A DNA stretch of 63,516 nt, the filler included, from Rhabdomonas costata (Eukaryota), in the NCBI GenBank assembly GCA_019059605.1. It is 40 parts of 40 records of this genome, joined end to end, with 100 filler letters (N's around TTAATTAATTAA, not from the genome) between each part and the next. Parts side by side here need not be neighbours in the genome. Positions count along the whole stretch, not along the records: positions 49,309 to 50,798 come from JAHMHO010014643.1; positions 50,899 to 52,388 come from JAHMHO010014644.1; positions 52,489 to 53,978 come from JAHMHO010014645.1; positions 54,079 to 55,568 come from JAHMHO010014646.1; positions 55,669 to 57,158 come from JAHMHO010014647.1; positions 57,259 to 58,748 come from JAHMHO010014648.1; positions 58,849 to 60,338 come from JAHMHO010014649.1; positions 60,439 to 61,927 come from JAHMHO010014650.1; 32 more parts are not named here. One strand, given 5' to 3'. The notes under the pieces were generated by a model. The model was not told the origin of the DNA. It was given only the letters and a program-made list of their open reading frames with translations, and made no database searches. The stretch's first letter is position 1. Each line of letters starts with the position of its first letter. Shown here piece after piece: positions 49,309 through 60,632 of the stretch. Both the position numbers and the translations under genes were made by a program.

Positions 49309-50798
49309 GGGTGTGGTGGAGGGGTGTTTGGTGTCGAGTTGGTGTCTACTGTAGGGGAGCGACTGAAACACGCATCTAGGAGGGATGACGAGACCGTAGG
49401 TCGAGGCATCCCGACAGCAAAGACAAAAAGGGGCCCATGAGCGGGTAGCGAATGGGAATACAGGACGAAGTAGCGCAGCGACTGAGGACGTAAAGATAGG
49501 AACGGGGAACGACCCGCATAGTGGGGAGTGACGAAGTGACAGAACACAAACCCTTACATGATCTAGGAACGAAGACACAAGCGAACGGAGGGAGTGAGAG
49601 TCGAAGTGACAGAGTACAACCATGATGAAGCGTAGGAGACACGAACGTAGCGTAGCGAAGTGAGAGTCGAGTGTGACGAACCATCAACCATTCTCTCATC
49701 GTTTGCTCCTCCGCCATTAGGCGGTTACGCTCACCAATACCACTAACCCAACACTTCTAACCATGACGGCTCGCTCCACCGCTGCACTGTTTCGCTCACA
49801 CCACCATTAGCTATAAGTGTCTCTTCACATGCACTCCTCCACCCTAAGGTGCACACGTGCATGTTCCGACCGGGCGTAGCCGGAGTAAGGATACCTGGTA
49901 GGAGGTTACCCTTTGATGGTAGGGTAAGCGTTACATGAGCATTTCCCTTACGCATCAACTTCACTCTAACCCACACTCGTAGGGAGGGTGTTGGCATGGT
50001 GGTGGTGGTGACGAGTGTGTTGGTCGTAGCAGCATCAACAGCAGCAGGTAGCGTTAGCATCAGCCACTACGCCCTTCACCAACCCTTCACCTCACTCTAC
50101 CAACATCACCTCTACCATGGGTTGTAGCTTTGGGTGTGGAGGGTGAGACGTAGCGTACGATGCACTAGGTCAACACAACTACAATCAACGCAACCACCAA
50201 GGCAACCATCGTGTTAGGGTTCGGGTGTCGGAGTGTGAGCAATGGCAGCATGCACTACCACTACAGGTAACTCTGACGCCTCAACCACCAACATCGAGGT
50301 CATGGTTCGGGTGTCAGGGTGTGAGTGACGTTGGCATCACCGGTAACCCATCACCTCAACCATTTGCCTGTCATGTGGGTTGAGTGGTGCCCTGACGTTC
50401 CACCAGCAGTGGAGGGACAGCATAAACACTAGCAGCGTACCAACATCAACCCTATGCGTTGGATTACAGGTGTGTTACGCCCATACCACTACAGGGGTTG
50501 TATGCTGATACTAATCTAGCACAAACACTGCCTCGACCACCTTAGCAGTAGTGGTATAGCATGAGGTGAAGGCTAGGATGTTACTCCGACGCCTTGACAC
50601 TTACGCTCTACCACTACCGTCCATAGGATACGCGTAACACTACTAATAGGGTAACATGCCCCTACGTTGGTGTTATGCCTACGACCATGGTGGTGTAGTG
50701 TCTATGGCTGCATGGGGTCATGAACGTGTGACAACCTGTGAGGAACGTCCATGAATTGCCCCATGCCAACGCGATATCACCCCAACACCTGCACAAAA
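49309..50798. other. Non-coding, hairpin-dense contig of unknown nature
   Basis: Many nested stems (see findings), no recognisable coding exons, no ORF of 60 aa or more beyond 50060, and few of the A/T runs typical of the host contigs. Confidence 0.5.
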
Positions 50799-50898
50799 NN
50801 NNNNNNNNNNNNNNNNNNNNNNNNNNNNNNNNNNNNNNNNNNTTAATTAATTAANNNNNNNNNNNNNNNNNNNNNNNNNNNNNNNNNNNNNNNNNNNN

Positions 50899-51160
50899 TG
50901 TTGGAAGTCTGATTGGGGGTGCAGGTGAGAGCTGCAGAGTTGTTTTTCTTGCTTTTTTTCATCCTGAAAGCACCTGAAGCATCTTGAAACCAAGAGCAGT
51001 ATTCCCATCACTCGCAAAAGTCACACGTGAAAGGAGGAGTATCGAAGTGTTACAGGATTCAGGTTTTCGCCTTCAAGTCCGCTCAACACCCCAGCGATAA
51101 AAAAAAGCAAGAAAAACAACTCTGCAGCTCTCACCTGCACCCCCAATCAGACTTCCAACA
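50899..51160. repeat. Perfect 61-bp inverted repeat with a 140-bp spacer
   Basis: 50899-50959 is the exact reverse complement of 51100-51160. Confidence 0.95.
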
Positions 51161-51241
51161 CAACCAGACACGGCATTCGTTTGTTTCACCATGTCAAAAA
51201 TCGGGATTGGTGGGGGGTGGGCGGACGTCAAGTGTGCAGAC

Positions 51242-52042
51242 CTGAAGGTAGCTCAGCCGGAGCTCGTACTCAAACGATCCCTTGGACGTCAGCTGATCAA
51301 ACAGGTACCGCAGGGAGCGCGGAATCAGCCCCCGCTGCTGCACGTCATCATCCGGACCGGTGACGGTGAACGTCTTGCCACTGCCTTGCAGAACATAGCC
51401 ACCACCACGGGACGTCCAGGGACGCGCAGAAGGCACCAAGTATGCTTTGTTCGCACTGCACATTTCGGGCCAAACAGGCACCACTAGCTTCATCACCATA
51501 TGCCACACCGGCTCTGGGCTTCATCGCAACTTGGATGCAAAGTGGTCGGCAACGAGCGTTTCAAACGCCCTTAAAAAATAAAGCTCGTGGGCACAACACT
51601 GCCTTTGGGTTTAATTCTTTTTTGGGGGAGGCCAGATACCAGATACAGTTATCACAGATGCAAACACACGAACGGTCACAAAAATGGTCACGGCACAGCC
51701 TGTGTCCTTACACTTACACTCGCACAGACCAGTCTGCCCGTAGGCAAAGATGGTGGCGTTGTAGCCCTGGAGGACGCGGTCGAGGGCACCCCGGGCGACC
51801 TTCTCGAACACCTCCTGCTGCGAGCACTGTGGACCCAGGACATCGGTGAAGGCGAAGGGCTGCGGAGAGGCTTCCGGGAAGGTCACCACCACTGCAGGGG
51901 CGCCCCCCTCGGGCCCAGAGCGGGGAAGTGGTTGGGTGGTGATCTCCACCGCCTCCGCCTTGGCCGGCTTGACCCGGAGGAAGACCCGCATCTGTCCTGC
52001 CATCGGGTTACTGGACGCCGGCCCCGGTTGCGCAGCCACCAT
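51242..52042 (-). CDS. Kinesin motor domain, N-terminal exons 52042-51730 and 51384-51242 (possibly kinesin-9/KIF6-9-like)
   Basis: MRVFLRVKP...FAFTDVLGPQCSQQEVFEKVA...GYNATIFAYGQTG|SGKTFTVTG...RGLIPRSLRYLF...LSYLQ: canonical kinesin P-loop. Confidence 0.95.
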
Positions 52043-55000
52043 CTGCCGCCGCGTATGTTTAGATGGACAAAAATTGTGTCACAGTGCCTGTGGGGGTCGG
52101 CCAATGCGCCACAGTGTCCCCCAATAGCAACTAAAAGGAAAGTCCCCGCAACGTGGAGCAATGCATCCAGAGGACTTTGGTTCGCTTTAATGGCCATTTT
52201 CTCACAAAGACATGGAACTCCCCGTAAAAATCCATCAAAAATGCGTTGCAACAGTCTCATCACCATTCTAAGGTTCAAAGAAAGGGGCGAATTACTCACA
52301 GTACTTTCAGCTCCCTCGCCCAACGCCCACTTTCAGAGAAACAAGCGAAAATGTCGAGAAACCCCCCCACCCCAAACACACCCACCACNNNNNNNNNNNN
52401 NNNNNNNNNNNNNNNNNNNNNNNNNNNNNNNNTTAATTAATTAANNNNNNNNNNNNNNNNNNNNNNNNNNNNNNNNNNNNNNNNNNNNTGGTTGTCAGTT
52501 GTTGTCCCATTTAAATTGGGAACCAGGCAACCTATTATGCATCGCCATCGAGGATAGGCGCAAACGGAAAGAAGAGAGAGCGGTGCCCGCTGTCTGAAAC
52601 AAAACGCAATTGTGAAAAGGCGCTTTCAGTTTCCTCAATACTGCTTCTGTAAATTGCCATTATCCAATAGCGGCTCATTAACAGCCAACCCCCTGAATTG
52701 CATCTCCCAACAAGGATATTCTATAGCCCTATAGGCATGCCGGACCACAGCATACCAGATTACTCCCTCACCCCCATACCGGGAAGCCATTAGGGCCGCA
52801 TGACCCAGCTATCGATAGGAAGTGGGGCGGGCTGTAGGTATGGTGCAGGTGCGGAGCAGTGCATGTTAGGCCACATAGGGCCACCTGAAGCACCCGCCTG
52901 TTGGGTCTATATAGGCCCTGGATAGGATGGATCCAACGAAAAAACACCAATCATCCAACCCGTCAGCCAACAGAAACCTCAACAGAAACCATTTCTTTTA
53001 CAGACGAGACAGCGGATTTGCGTTCGAAATCCAACAATGCGTACAGCCCAAATAGTTGCTTGGTAAAGAAAAGGAGTAAAGACGGCTACACAATCCCTGA
53101 AACCCAGCCCTAAAGAGGAGCTAACATATGGGGCCCCTCAGTGAGCCATTCGGATCAAACTAAAAATAGAGAGGAAGGGCAAAACCGAAGTACCCCTGCC
53201 AGTCTGTCTTTAACATTTCAGTGAAACCGAGTAAAACGAAGTAGAGGAAGAATGGGAGAATCTCAGATTCAAAGACGTGAATTGAAAGTGGTGGTGGGAT
53301 GGTGGTGGTAGTGGTGGTGGTAGTAACGGTGGGAGGTATGGTACACGCTGTTAAACAAGAAAGGGCCTTTCTTCCTCTACTTTCGACCCAAGGGAACCCA
53401 GTCTGAAAGGTGAGGAAGAAAGGGGTACTTAGCTACACCCTCGCTCACTCATACACCGCCGACAACGCCATATGAGGAAAAAGGTATGTACGGCACAGTG
53501 CGGACCCATGGGGCTCAGGTGGTAAAGGACGCGGATGAAGGAGTACAAAAGCAAATACTCCGTAGACCTCAAGTCTCCTTCAAAGAGGACACTTGAAACA
53601 TAGCAATCCTCGAAATACCGTCCACTTGTCAAATGACACAAGGAAGAGCTCCCCGGATACCAGATACATCATCCCTCTCTTACGCACACACACACACACA
53701 CAAAGGATTTTCCTCCAAGTATTTCGAGCCTGGCAACTGCTACAGCATACAAGGCTGAGCGCAGTCAGGAATGGGAACCAAACAGGCTGCGCTGTCATCA
53801 CGGGGCGGGGCCGCCCGTCGAGTAGTATATAGTGGCGGATGCCACAAGATTTACACAAGAGCAACCCGAGAAACACTTGTTGTGGGTAGCAGTACTTCAA
53901 ACGAGGCCAGGGTGTCTTCAACATATCAACACGAAAAGCAAGCGATAAAGCGGAACAGGAGGGAGACAACAAAAACACNNNNNNNNNNNNNNNNNNNNNN
54001 NNNNNNNNNNNNNNNNNNNNNNTTAATTAATTAANNNNNNNNNNNNNNNNNNNNNNNNNNNNNNNNNNNNNNNNNNNNGTTGTGGTGGGGCGGCACTGCG
54101 CTGCATCCCGGAGAGGCTGTACATCCACTCCTGAGCGGGAGCGATTGCGCAGGGAAGCATCGGTGGTTGAGGATTTCAGTTTCGGTTGACTCTGTGGCTT
54201 GCTTCTGGAGCTCTGTGGGCTTGCGGGGGTTGAAGCGCACCAAGGGCGCAACATACAGTGGCGCTCTTAACACTTCTGGTGTACTGCTTGTTCTGCTCCC
54301 TGCTTTCAAGGACGGCATCATGTGTCTGATTCCCGGTTGACGGGTTTCTCCCCGCCCTTGGTGAGGTGCTGGAAGCACGGCGTTAGAACTTTAGAGGACA
54401 GTGTACAAAGCAGAAAACCGAACTTTCTTTCTGTCGATGTAACATTCCTGCGTTTTCACTCTGCAGGTTTGGTACCCTGACGAAACTGTGCTGTTTTTCT
54501 CCTTTTCTTGCGTGGTGCGAAATCGGTCCAAGAAAGAGGAAACCTGTCTCTCAATGTTAGAGTACTACTGATGTAATTATACATCCCAATGCCGGGATGA
54601 TGGGGGTCGGGACAACCTCAAACCAGCGGTCGGATGGAGGTGAGCGGAAAACTTGGGTGCTGGTGTCTTTGTTCCCAAAATGCACTTGACAGAGGGTTCC
54701 CGCATTTTCCAAAGGTTGACGGGGAACAACAACCCCATCACACATGATCACACATGAAATAAGGATGAAGGGAGACTGCTAATGGAGGATTCATGAAACT
54801 GTCATCGAACTGTGTGCTCCATTTTCGATGCCAAGGATTTGACCCACTTCACTCCTCAACCGTGACGCGATTATCTCATATATAACATAAGCTGGAAAGC
54901 CACAACGCCAAAAAAGAAACGACTACATCAGGTCCCCATTTCAAACTTGGTCGATCGCAGAGGTCGGGAATTCGCGAGTGGGGCGGTAGCACGCCAGCAC

Positions 55001-56544
55001 CCCGGGCGGGGGGTGCCGCAGCACAGCGGCAGGAAAGCATTGGATCTGGCAGCCAACCTGCAAAAAGGAAAAAAACAAAAAGGCATCCCGCAACAGCCTC
55101 ACGCAACGGAATAGATGGGAGGTTGACAAAGGGCATTCAAAGGGGTGCGCACAGCTAAGAGCAAATGAAAACAAAGCCACCACCAAGCACTGGTTCGGTC
55201 AAGATAGCGTCGCGCAGGTGCTGGTCACGTGCTCAACCTTTAGGCGGTGCGTACCTCCAATGTATGTTGGACCAGCAGTACCATGAAGCCAAAATTGGCT
55301 GCACGGAACTGGCACCACATGGTCAACCAGCCCAACAAGCAAGCAGTAAGCGGCCATTGTGTTGGTCAAAGACCGTAAAACATCTCAAGGAGTGCCGAGA
55401 CCAAAATCCAGCAAGAACAATGCGCCACACCTGGCTTCGCTTCATTTCGAAAAAATTTCTCAAGCAGGGAAAAAACAAAAAAGCCATCATGTTGCACTTG
55501 GCTGATAAATACCAGTTTTCTTGACCAAATCGCTTCGACCTCGACAACAGAAGGCAATCACCACAACCNNNNNNNNNNNNNNNNNNNNNNNNNNNNNNNN
55601 NNNNNNNNNNNNTTAATTAATTAANNNNNNNNNNNNNNNNNNNNNNNNNNNNNNNNNNNNNNNNNNNNGGGGGGTGGTTGAGGCAGTTGCGAGCGCGACG
55701 GGAGAGGGCCCACAGGGCGACGGAGACTGGGACCAGGCGCAGCAGGAGAGGAAGCAATCCGCCAGGGCCCGCCAACCCACCGGGGTCCCGGGGCCGTGGT
55801 TGGAATCGACGTATGGCATCAGCTCCTGCACCTCATGATTCGCGTCCCAACCCACCTACACCGTGCTGATGCACATGACGCGCCTCCACCGCGAGCCTGT
55901 TTCCATTTCCAAGCTCGTTTTTTTTTCACAGGTGTGACTTTTTCTCATTTTCCCTTCTTCCTACGTGCAACAGCATGCCTGCTTTCCCCCTGCCCTAACA
56001 TCTAGCACATCCATCGAGATCAGAAATAAGACACACCCTTCCATCAAGATTGCGGCGCGGTGCGTTAATCCCATTGCCGGAAGAGAACCCATCTTTCCTT
56101 TCTGGACGCATCACTCCTTTCAGCCAAATCGATTCAACCGCGACAAAAATGTCCGCACCCATCAGCACCACCAAGGACGCAGATCCAACCCCCACGTTGG
56201 CACGGGAACAAGAATGGAGCTAACTTCCCCCCACAACGAGCAGCAGTCAGCCGAGGCCCTACAGGAAGCTGGGCCGACCGATTTCGAGCCACTCTGCCCA
56301 GAAGCCGACAGCAAGGACCCTCACCACCCCAGCACGCCAAAACGCACGATCAGACACTTCCCCACCATCCAAGCTCGAGCCGCAGGAATGCATCTCACCC
56401 AGCGACAGCGAAAAGCCATGCAGCTTCCCATCAAACCTACCCTGGACCAGTGGCAACGGTCCAGCGACCAGCAGTACGAGGGCCGCTTTGGCAGTTAAGT
56501 TCCAGTACGACACGCTTGACAACGACAGTGCGCTGTCGGTGATG

Positions 56545-56922
56545 GGGGTGATCTACGCTTTGGTGTACATCACGGACAGGAGGGTGTACGTGGACCAGAC
56601 GGTTAACTCCGCCTGGTGAAGATTCCGCTCTCACGTCCTTGCCTCCGCTGAAGGTGAGTGAGAATACAAGGTTTTCCAAGCTTTTCAGTGGACACAATTC
56701 TGGAGGGACCTGTTCGTAGTTCCTCTTCCAGTAGTACCGATGCCTGGCTCGCAACCTCAGTGTCACCACACCGATCAGTGCCTTCGGAAATTTCGCCGCA
56801 GAGCGCTCCCTCTGAAGCAGCGCTGGATTTGCCTACTTCACGCAGATGGCCACAAAGGATTGAACGTGCAAGTCGATCCCCCGGCAGAGCGCACCAGTCA
56901 CGCAGCGGAATGTCAACCATAA
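56545..56922 (+). pseudogene. Decayed GIY-YIG endonuclease, probably from a Penelope-like retroelement
   Basis: One frame reads GVIYALVYITDRRVYVDQTVNSAW*RFRSH...E*E...ALPLKQRWICLLHADGHKGLNV. All GIY-YIG motifs are present, with TGA at 56617 and 56659, YVG>YVD, and the catalytic E>K. Confidence 0.8.
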
Positions 56923-57565
56923 AGCCACCTCAGCCGCACAAGCACCCAAGTCAAAGGCTAATCAGCGCCCCGCGCAGCCCACGCAGTTCATCTCCGTGGA
57001 CCCAGACGGAACGGTCCGCGTGAGCCTTGTACAAGGTGGCTTCATGCGAATCCGCAGGTCGCTGCATAACCTCCTTCAAGATCAGGCTGAAGGCAAAGAC
57101 CCCTTGGAGCGCATTTCCAGTTGGGACTCGCGGTACCGCAAGGACGTGATCTGCTTTCNNNNNNNNNNNNNNNNNNNNNNNNNNNNNNNNNNNNNNNNNN
57201 NNTTAATTAATTAANNNNNNNNNNNNNNNNNNNNNNNNNNNNNNNNNNNNNNNNNNNNGTTGTTGGTTTCTGCCGGCCGCTCCGGTGGATGCGTGTGGTG
57301 TGGATGCGGACACTCAGAATGGCAGTCTAGACAGCCTAAGAAGCTGATTTTAACATTCACCATGTTACAACTTTTCCTGAAGCCATGTTACAATTGTTGA
57401 AGTGCAATCATTCGAACAATCCATTCGAAAGCTAGCCCCGCTCATTCGAAACTATCATCAGAACCAGGAACACTGGCTTTGGGGCGTTGCCGCCGCTTTT
57501 GCCGCCGTATCGTGTGTGAAAGCGAGTCAACGGTTGATACAGACCACCACGCCCACCAACCACAC

Positions 57566-58632
57566 CGTGCCGGGAAACACGCCGCCAGAAGAAGGCCGTG
57601 GCCTTCCATAGTCCTCGTACAACACAGCATGGGCAATATCGCACAGCAGCTTGGTGGCATTGTTCTTGGGATGGAAGGCGTCATCGTGGGTCTTCAGCGT
57701 GGAGAGCAGCTTGTAAAAGAAGCTGATGTTGTCTGTCTCACTGTGCGGCATCAAAAGCTAATGGCGGCCTGTCCTTCCCTCCACGATCGTGAATGTATCC
57801 GGAAGTGACACGGACCCCATTATCCTTCTACCTCAGCCCCACGAAGGAAACAGAGTCATTCTGTATGCACGCTACCTTTTCGACAATTTATACGCACACA
57901 GAGGCACACAGAGGCATTCCTTACGAGCATACTTACATTAACGTTAACGTTAAACTAGTCGAACAACGTGGAAACGTGTCCCATCAGCTGTGGTAGGTAA
58001 AGAATTTAACAAAAGCGTCACGGCAACAACGGCAGCAGGGAGATTGTCACATACTTGCAAACCACCTCAAAGTAGGCGTAGAAGACGAGTTGGATGGGCT
58101 CATAGCTGGGGTGCAGATCATCCCGGTTGGGGTAGTGTGCCAGGACATAAAGCAGGTCGGGTAGGATGTACTCCGGGAACAGCAGCGGGGCGGTTGGGTC
58201 CGAAAGCATCACCTAAGCCACGACGTGGGTTTGGCTCAAGATACAGAGAAATCCATAAGGAAGGCAACTGTGGTCCACAAATTTTCTGTAGACGAGAATG
58301 AAAAAATCTCATATACAACCCATGGGTCTTTCCGCGGATTGAACAGAGAGTCCTCCCGAGCGATAAAGAGAGCACACTTATCCAAAAACTAACGGCACAA
58401 AACGTTCACACAACTCACTGAAAAATCTGCGTTAGCCAAATCACCCCCACCCCCAATGCCATTCTGCTGTTCACACCACCCCGGTATGAATATCCGCACA
58501 AACACATACACACACGTGCAGTGCCTTGGCGCCGCTCTTCCGCTGCATATCCTCGCAGCGCTGGCGGTAGTGGCGGATCAGAACCGAGACCTGCTCCATG
58601 GCCACCACCGCACTGGGCCTGTGTGAATCCGT
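57566..58632 (-). CDS. PDS5: Sister chromatid cohesion protein PDS5, exons 58632-58516, 58212-58055, 57740-~57566
   Basis: LFPEYILPDLLYVLAHYP...YFEVVCN|ETDNISFFYKLLSTLKTHDDA...TKLLCDIA matches the PDS5 C-terminal motifs PEY..PY..H.LAH.P, N..F......IK...DA and LY.VCD.A. Confidence 0.88.
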
Positions 58633-59374
58633 CTGAGCGCGCAGGAAGTATGAAGACCAGGCCCGCAGCAAAACAAAATCTTAGTGACAAAAAAGCCCTT
58701 GGTTCTGTCAATAAAAAAAGTTAACAACCCCCACCCACACCCAACACANNNNNNNNNNNNNNNNNNNNNNNNNNNNNNNNNNNNNNNNNNNNTTAATTAA
58801 TTAANNNNNNNNNNNNNNNNNNNNNNNNNNNNNNNNNNNNNNNNNNNNTTGGTAATCTCTGACTTACCGCGCCTTTGGCATTGTACATACCATCTGCAGA
58901 CCATTGGTGTTCAACTACTTCCACACAGTGGTCATTGTGCAAGTGCGTGCTATAGCCCACTGTTTTGGGCATAACGGTCACTCTGCACGCTGAATTGTGC
59001 CTTTCGTAACAGGGTTTTGCTTTCCGTTTGTTTATGTCTATTTTGGTCGTTCCAGCGTTTTCGGTGTCAGATCGCCAACTTGGGAAGACTGTTTTTTGGT
59101 GCTCCGTTCATCAACTGCGTGGTGTAGCAGTCGCAAACATGTCCTTTCCAAACTGTAAACAAACTGTCTTCATGTGACATTTGCATCATCACATTGTCAA
59201 GTAGAGGTTTTTTTGTGTATTCTTAAAGCATTGTTATTTCTCCAACCTTTCACTTGTTTCCCTATATGATGCTGGCCACTAGACTCCCAAGTACTATGCA
59301 CACAATACGATTACATACTCCAACATTGAAGTGCTGAACATGTTCCGAACTGGTGCGCTGTAAGCTGTATATTC

Positions 59375-59442
59375 CAACAACAACAACAACAACAACAACA
59401 GCAGCAGCAGCAGCAGCAGAATCAGCAGCAGCAGCAACAACA
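59375..59442 (+). repeat. Compound (CAA)n(CAG)n microsatellite
   Basis: Directly visible tandem trinucleotides. Confidence 0.95.
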
Positions 59443-60473
59443 CAGCACATTGCTCCTCGGCTCGGCGTGCTGGGGCGTGCAATTTTGCTGTTTTTTATGA
59501 ACACGTGTTGTTTTTTGACGCGTTCACTGTGCTTCTGTTTGTTCTGGAAGAAACGAGTGGAATTGGAGTGAGTACTTGCTCCGTGCACATCTATGCACAC
59601 GCTCTGGGAGCAGTGTGCTTTCTTGGTGTCTTACTTATTTCCTGTAATTGCGCTGTGTGTATTTGTATTTGCAACTGTGCACCGCGTTGTGACGCTGGTT
59701 GGTGCGTTCGCGTCCTGAAGGTGGGGTTCTCTGTGGAGTGCGAGATTGGAACCATTATGGGCGGAGATGGGCGTTGGTGTTGGCTGGTCGGTGGATATGG
59801 TTCCAGAAAAAGTGGAAAAACCTCAACGCAGTGGTGGCAGCGCAGCTCATTCTTCATCTGTGCTAGCGAGAGGGTGTGAAAACTTGGACTGCGGATCTTA
59901 TATCCGAAGTCTTATACACGCACTAGTACGTGTATATGATACATTCACATCTACACCGACAGCGGTTTTAAGTCAACGTTAAAAGACATGGAAACGTTTT
60001 ACTAAGGCATACTCTCTGGATTCAGAAGTGCCCGGACAATTTTCTGCCCAATTTGACCCTGACAGCTGCTATATAGTGTATTAATCTCCACAAACCGGAC
60101 CACAATGATTCATATTATTCATATTTTGTGCGCACTGACGCTACGGTATGTCTGGTGTGTACTATTAGGTGACATCAGCAAATTGTTTTTCAAATGATTC
60201 GCCCTAACTTTACGACTCATTGGTGTGGTATATGATCTGTGAAAAAAACCGAAACTGCCGAGGAGAAAATATTAACAAAAATTATTCCACATATTTTCTT
60301 TTAATGTAAAAACAGAACTCTACGTAGCGTGAAAACAANNNNNNNNNNNNNNNNNNNNNNNNNNNNNNNNNNNNNNNNNNNNTTAATTAATTAANNNNNN
60401 NNNNNNNNNNNNNNNNNNNNNNNNNNNNNNNNNNNNNNGGTTTGGGGGTTGGTTGGCACCTGAGACACGATGG

Positions 60474-60632
60474 GATTGTGATTGCCACCTGAGCATCCTT
60501 CACAGTGGTAACGTGCCAGTGACCTCGGAGTGCAGCCAATTTTGCAGAGAGAAAGCCTGTCACTGAGGCGGTCTTTCCGAAAGGGCATCCAAGGACAACC
60601 ACGTCCCCTTCTGGTGGAACAAAGGTCACGCC
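60474..60632 (-). pseudogene. Remnant of a CRE/SLACS-like non-LTR retrotransposon RT C-terminus
   Basis: GVTFVPPEGDVVVLGCPFGKTASVTGFLSAKLAAL...KDAQVAITI fits the G...LG.P.G...FV..F.......L..L.D.Q.A..L signature after RT motif 7 in CRE-clade elements. No intact YxDD was seen. Confidence 0.55.

Noticed and set aside
52700-52930. Weak resemblance to repeat family A (TAGGGCCGC..ACCCAGCT, TATAGGCC)
   Set aside because: Only short words match; colinearity could not be established by eye.
56617-56661. In-frame TGAs as selenocysteine or an alternative genetic code
   Set aside because: They are not at obvious Cys positions, catalytic residues are also mutated, and the host exons read here show no in-frame TGA.
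59375-59442. PolyQ coding tract
   Set aside because: No convincing exon boundaries or flanking coding signal; treated as a microsatellite.
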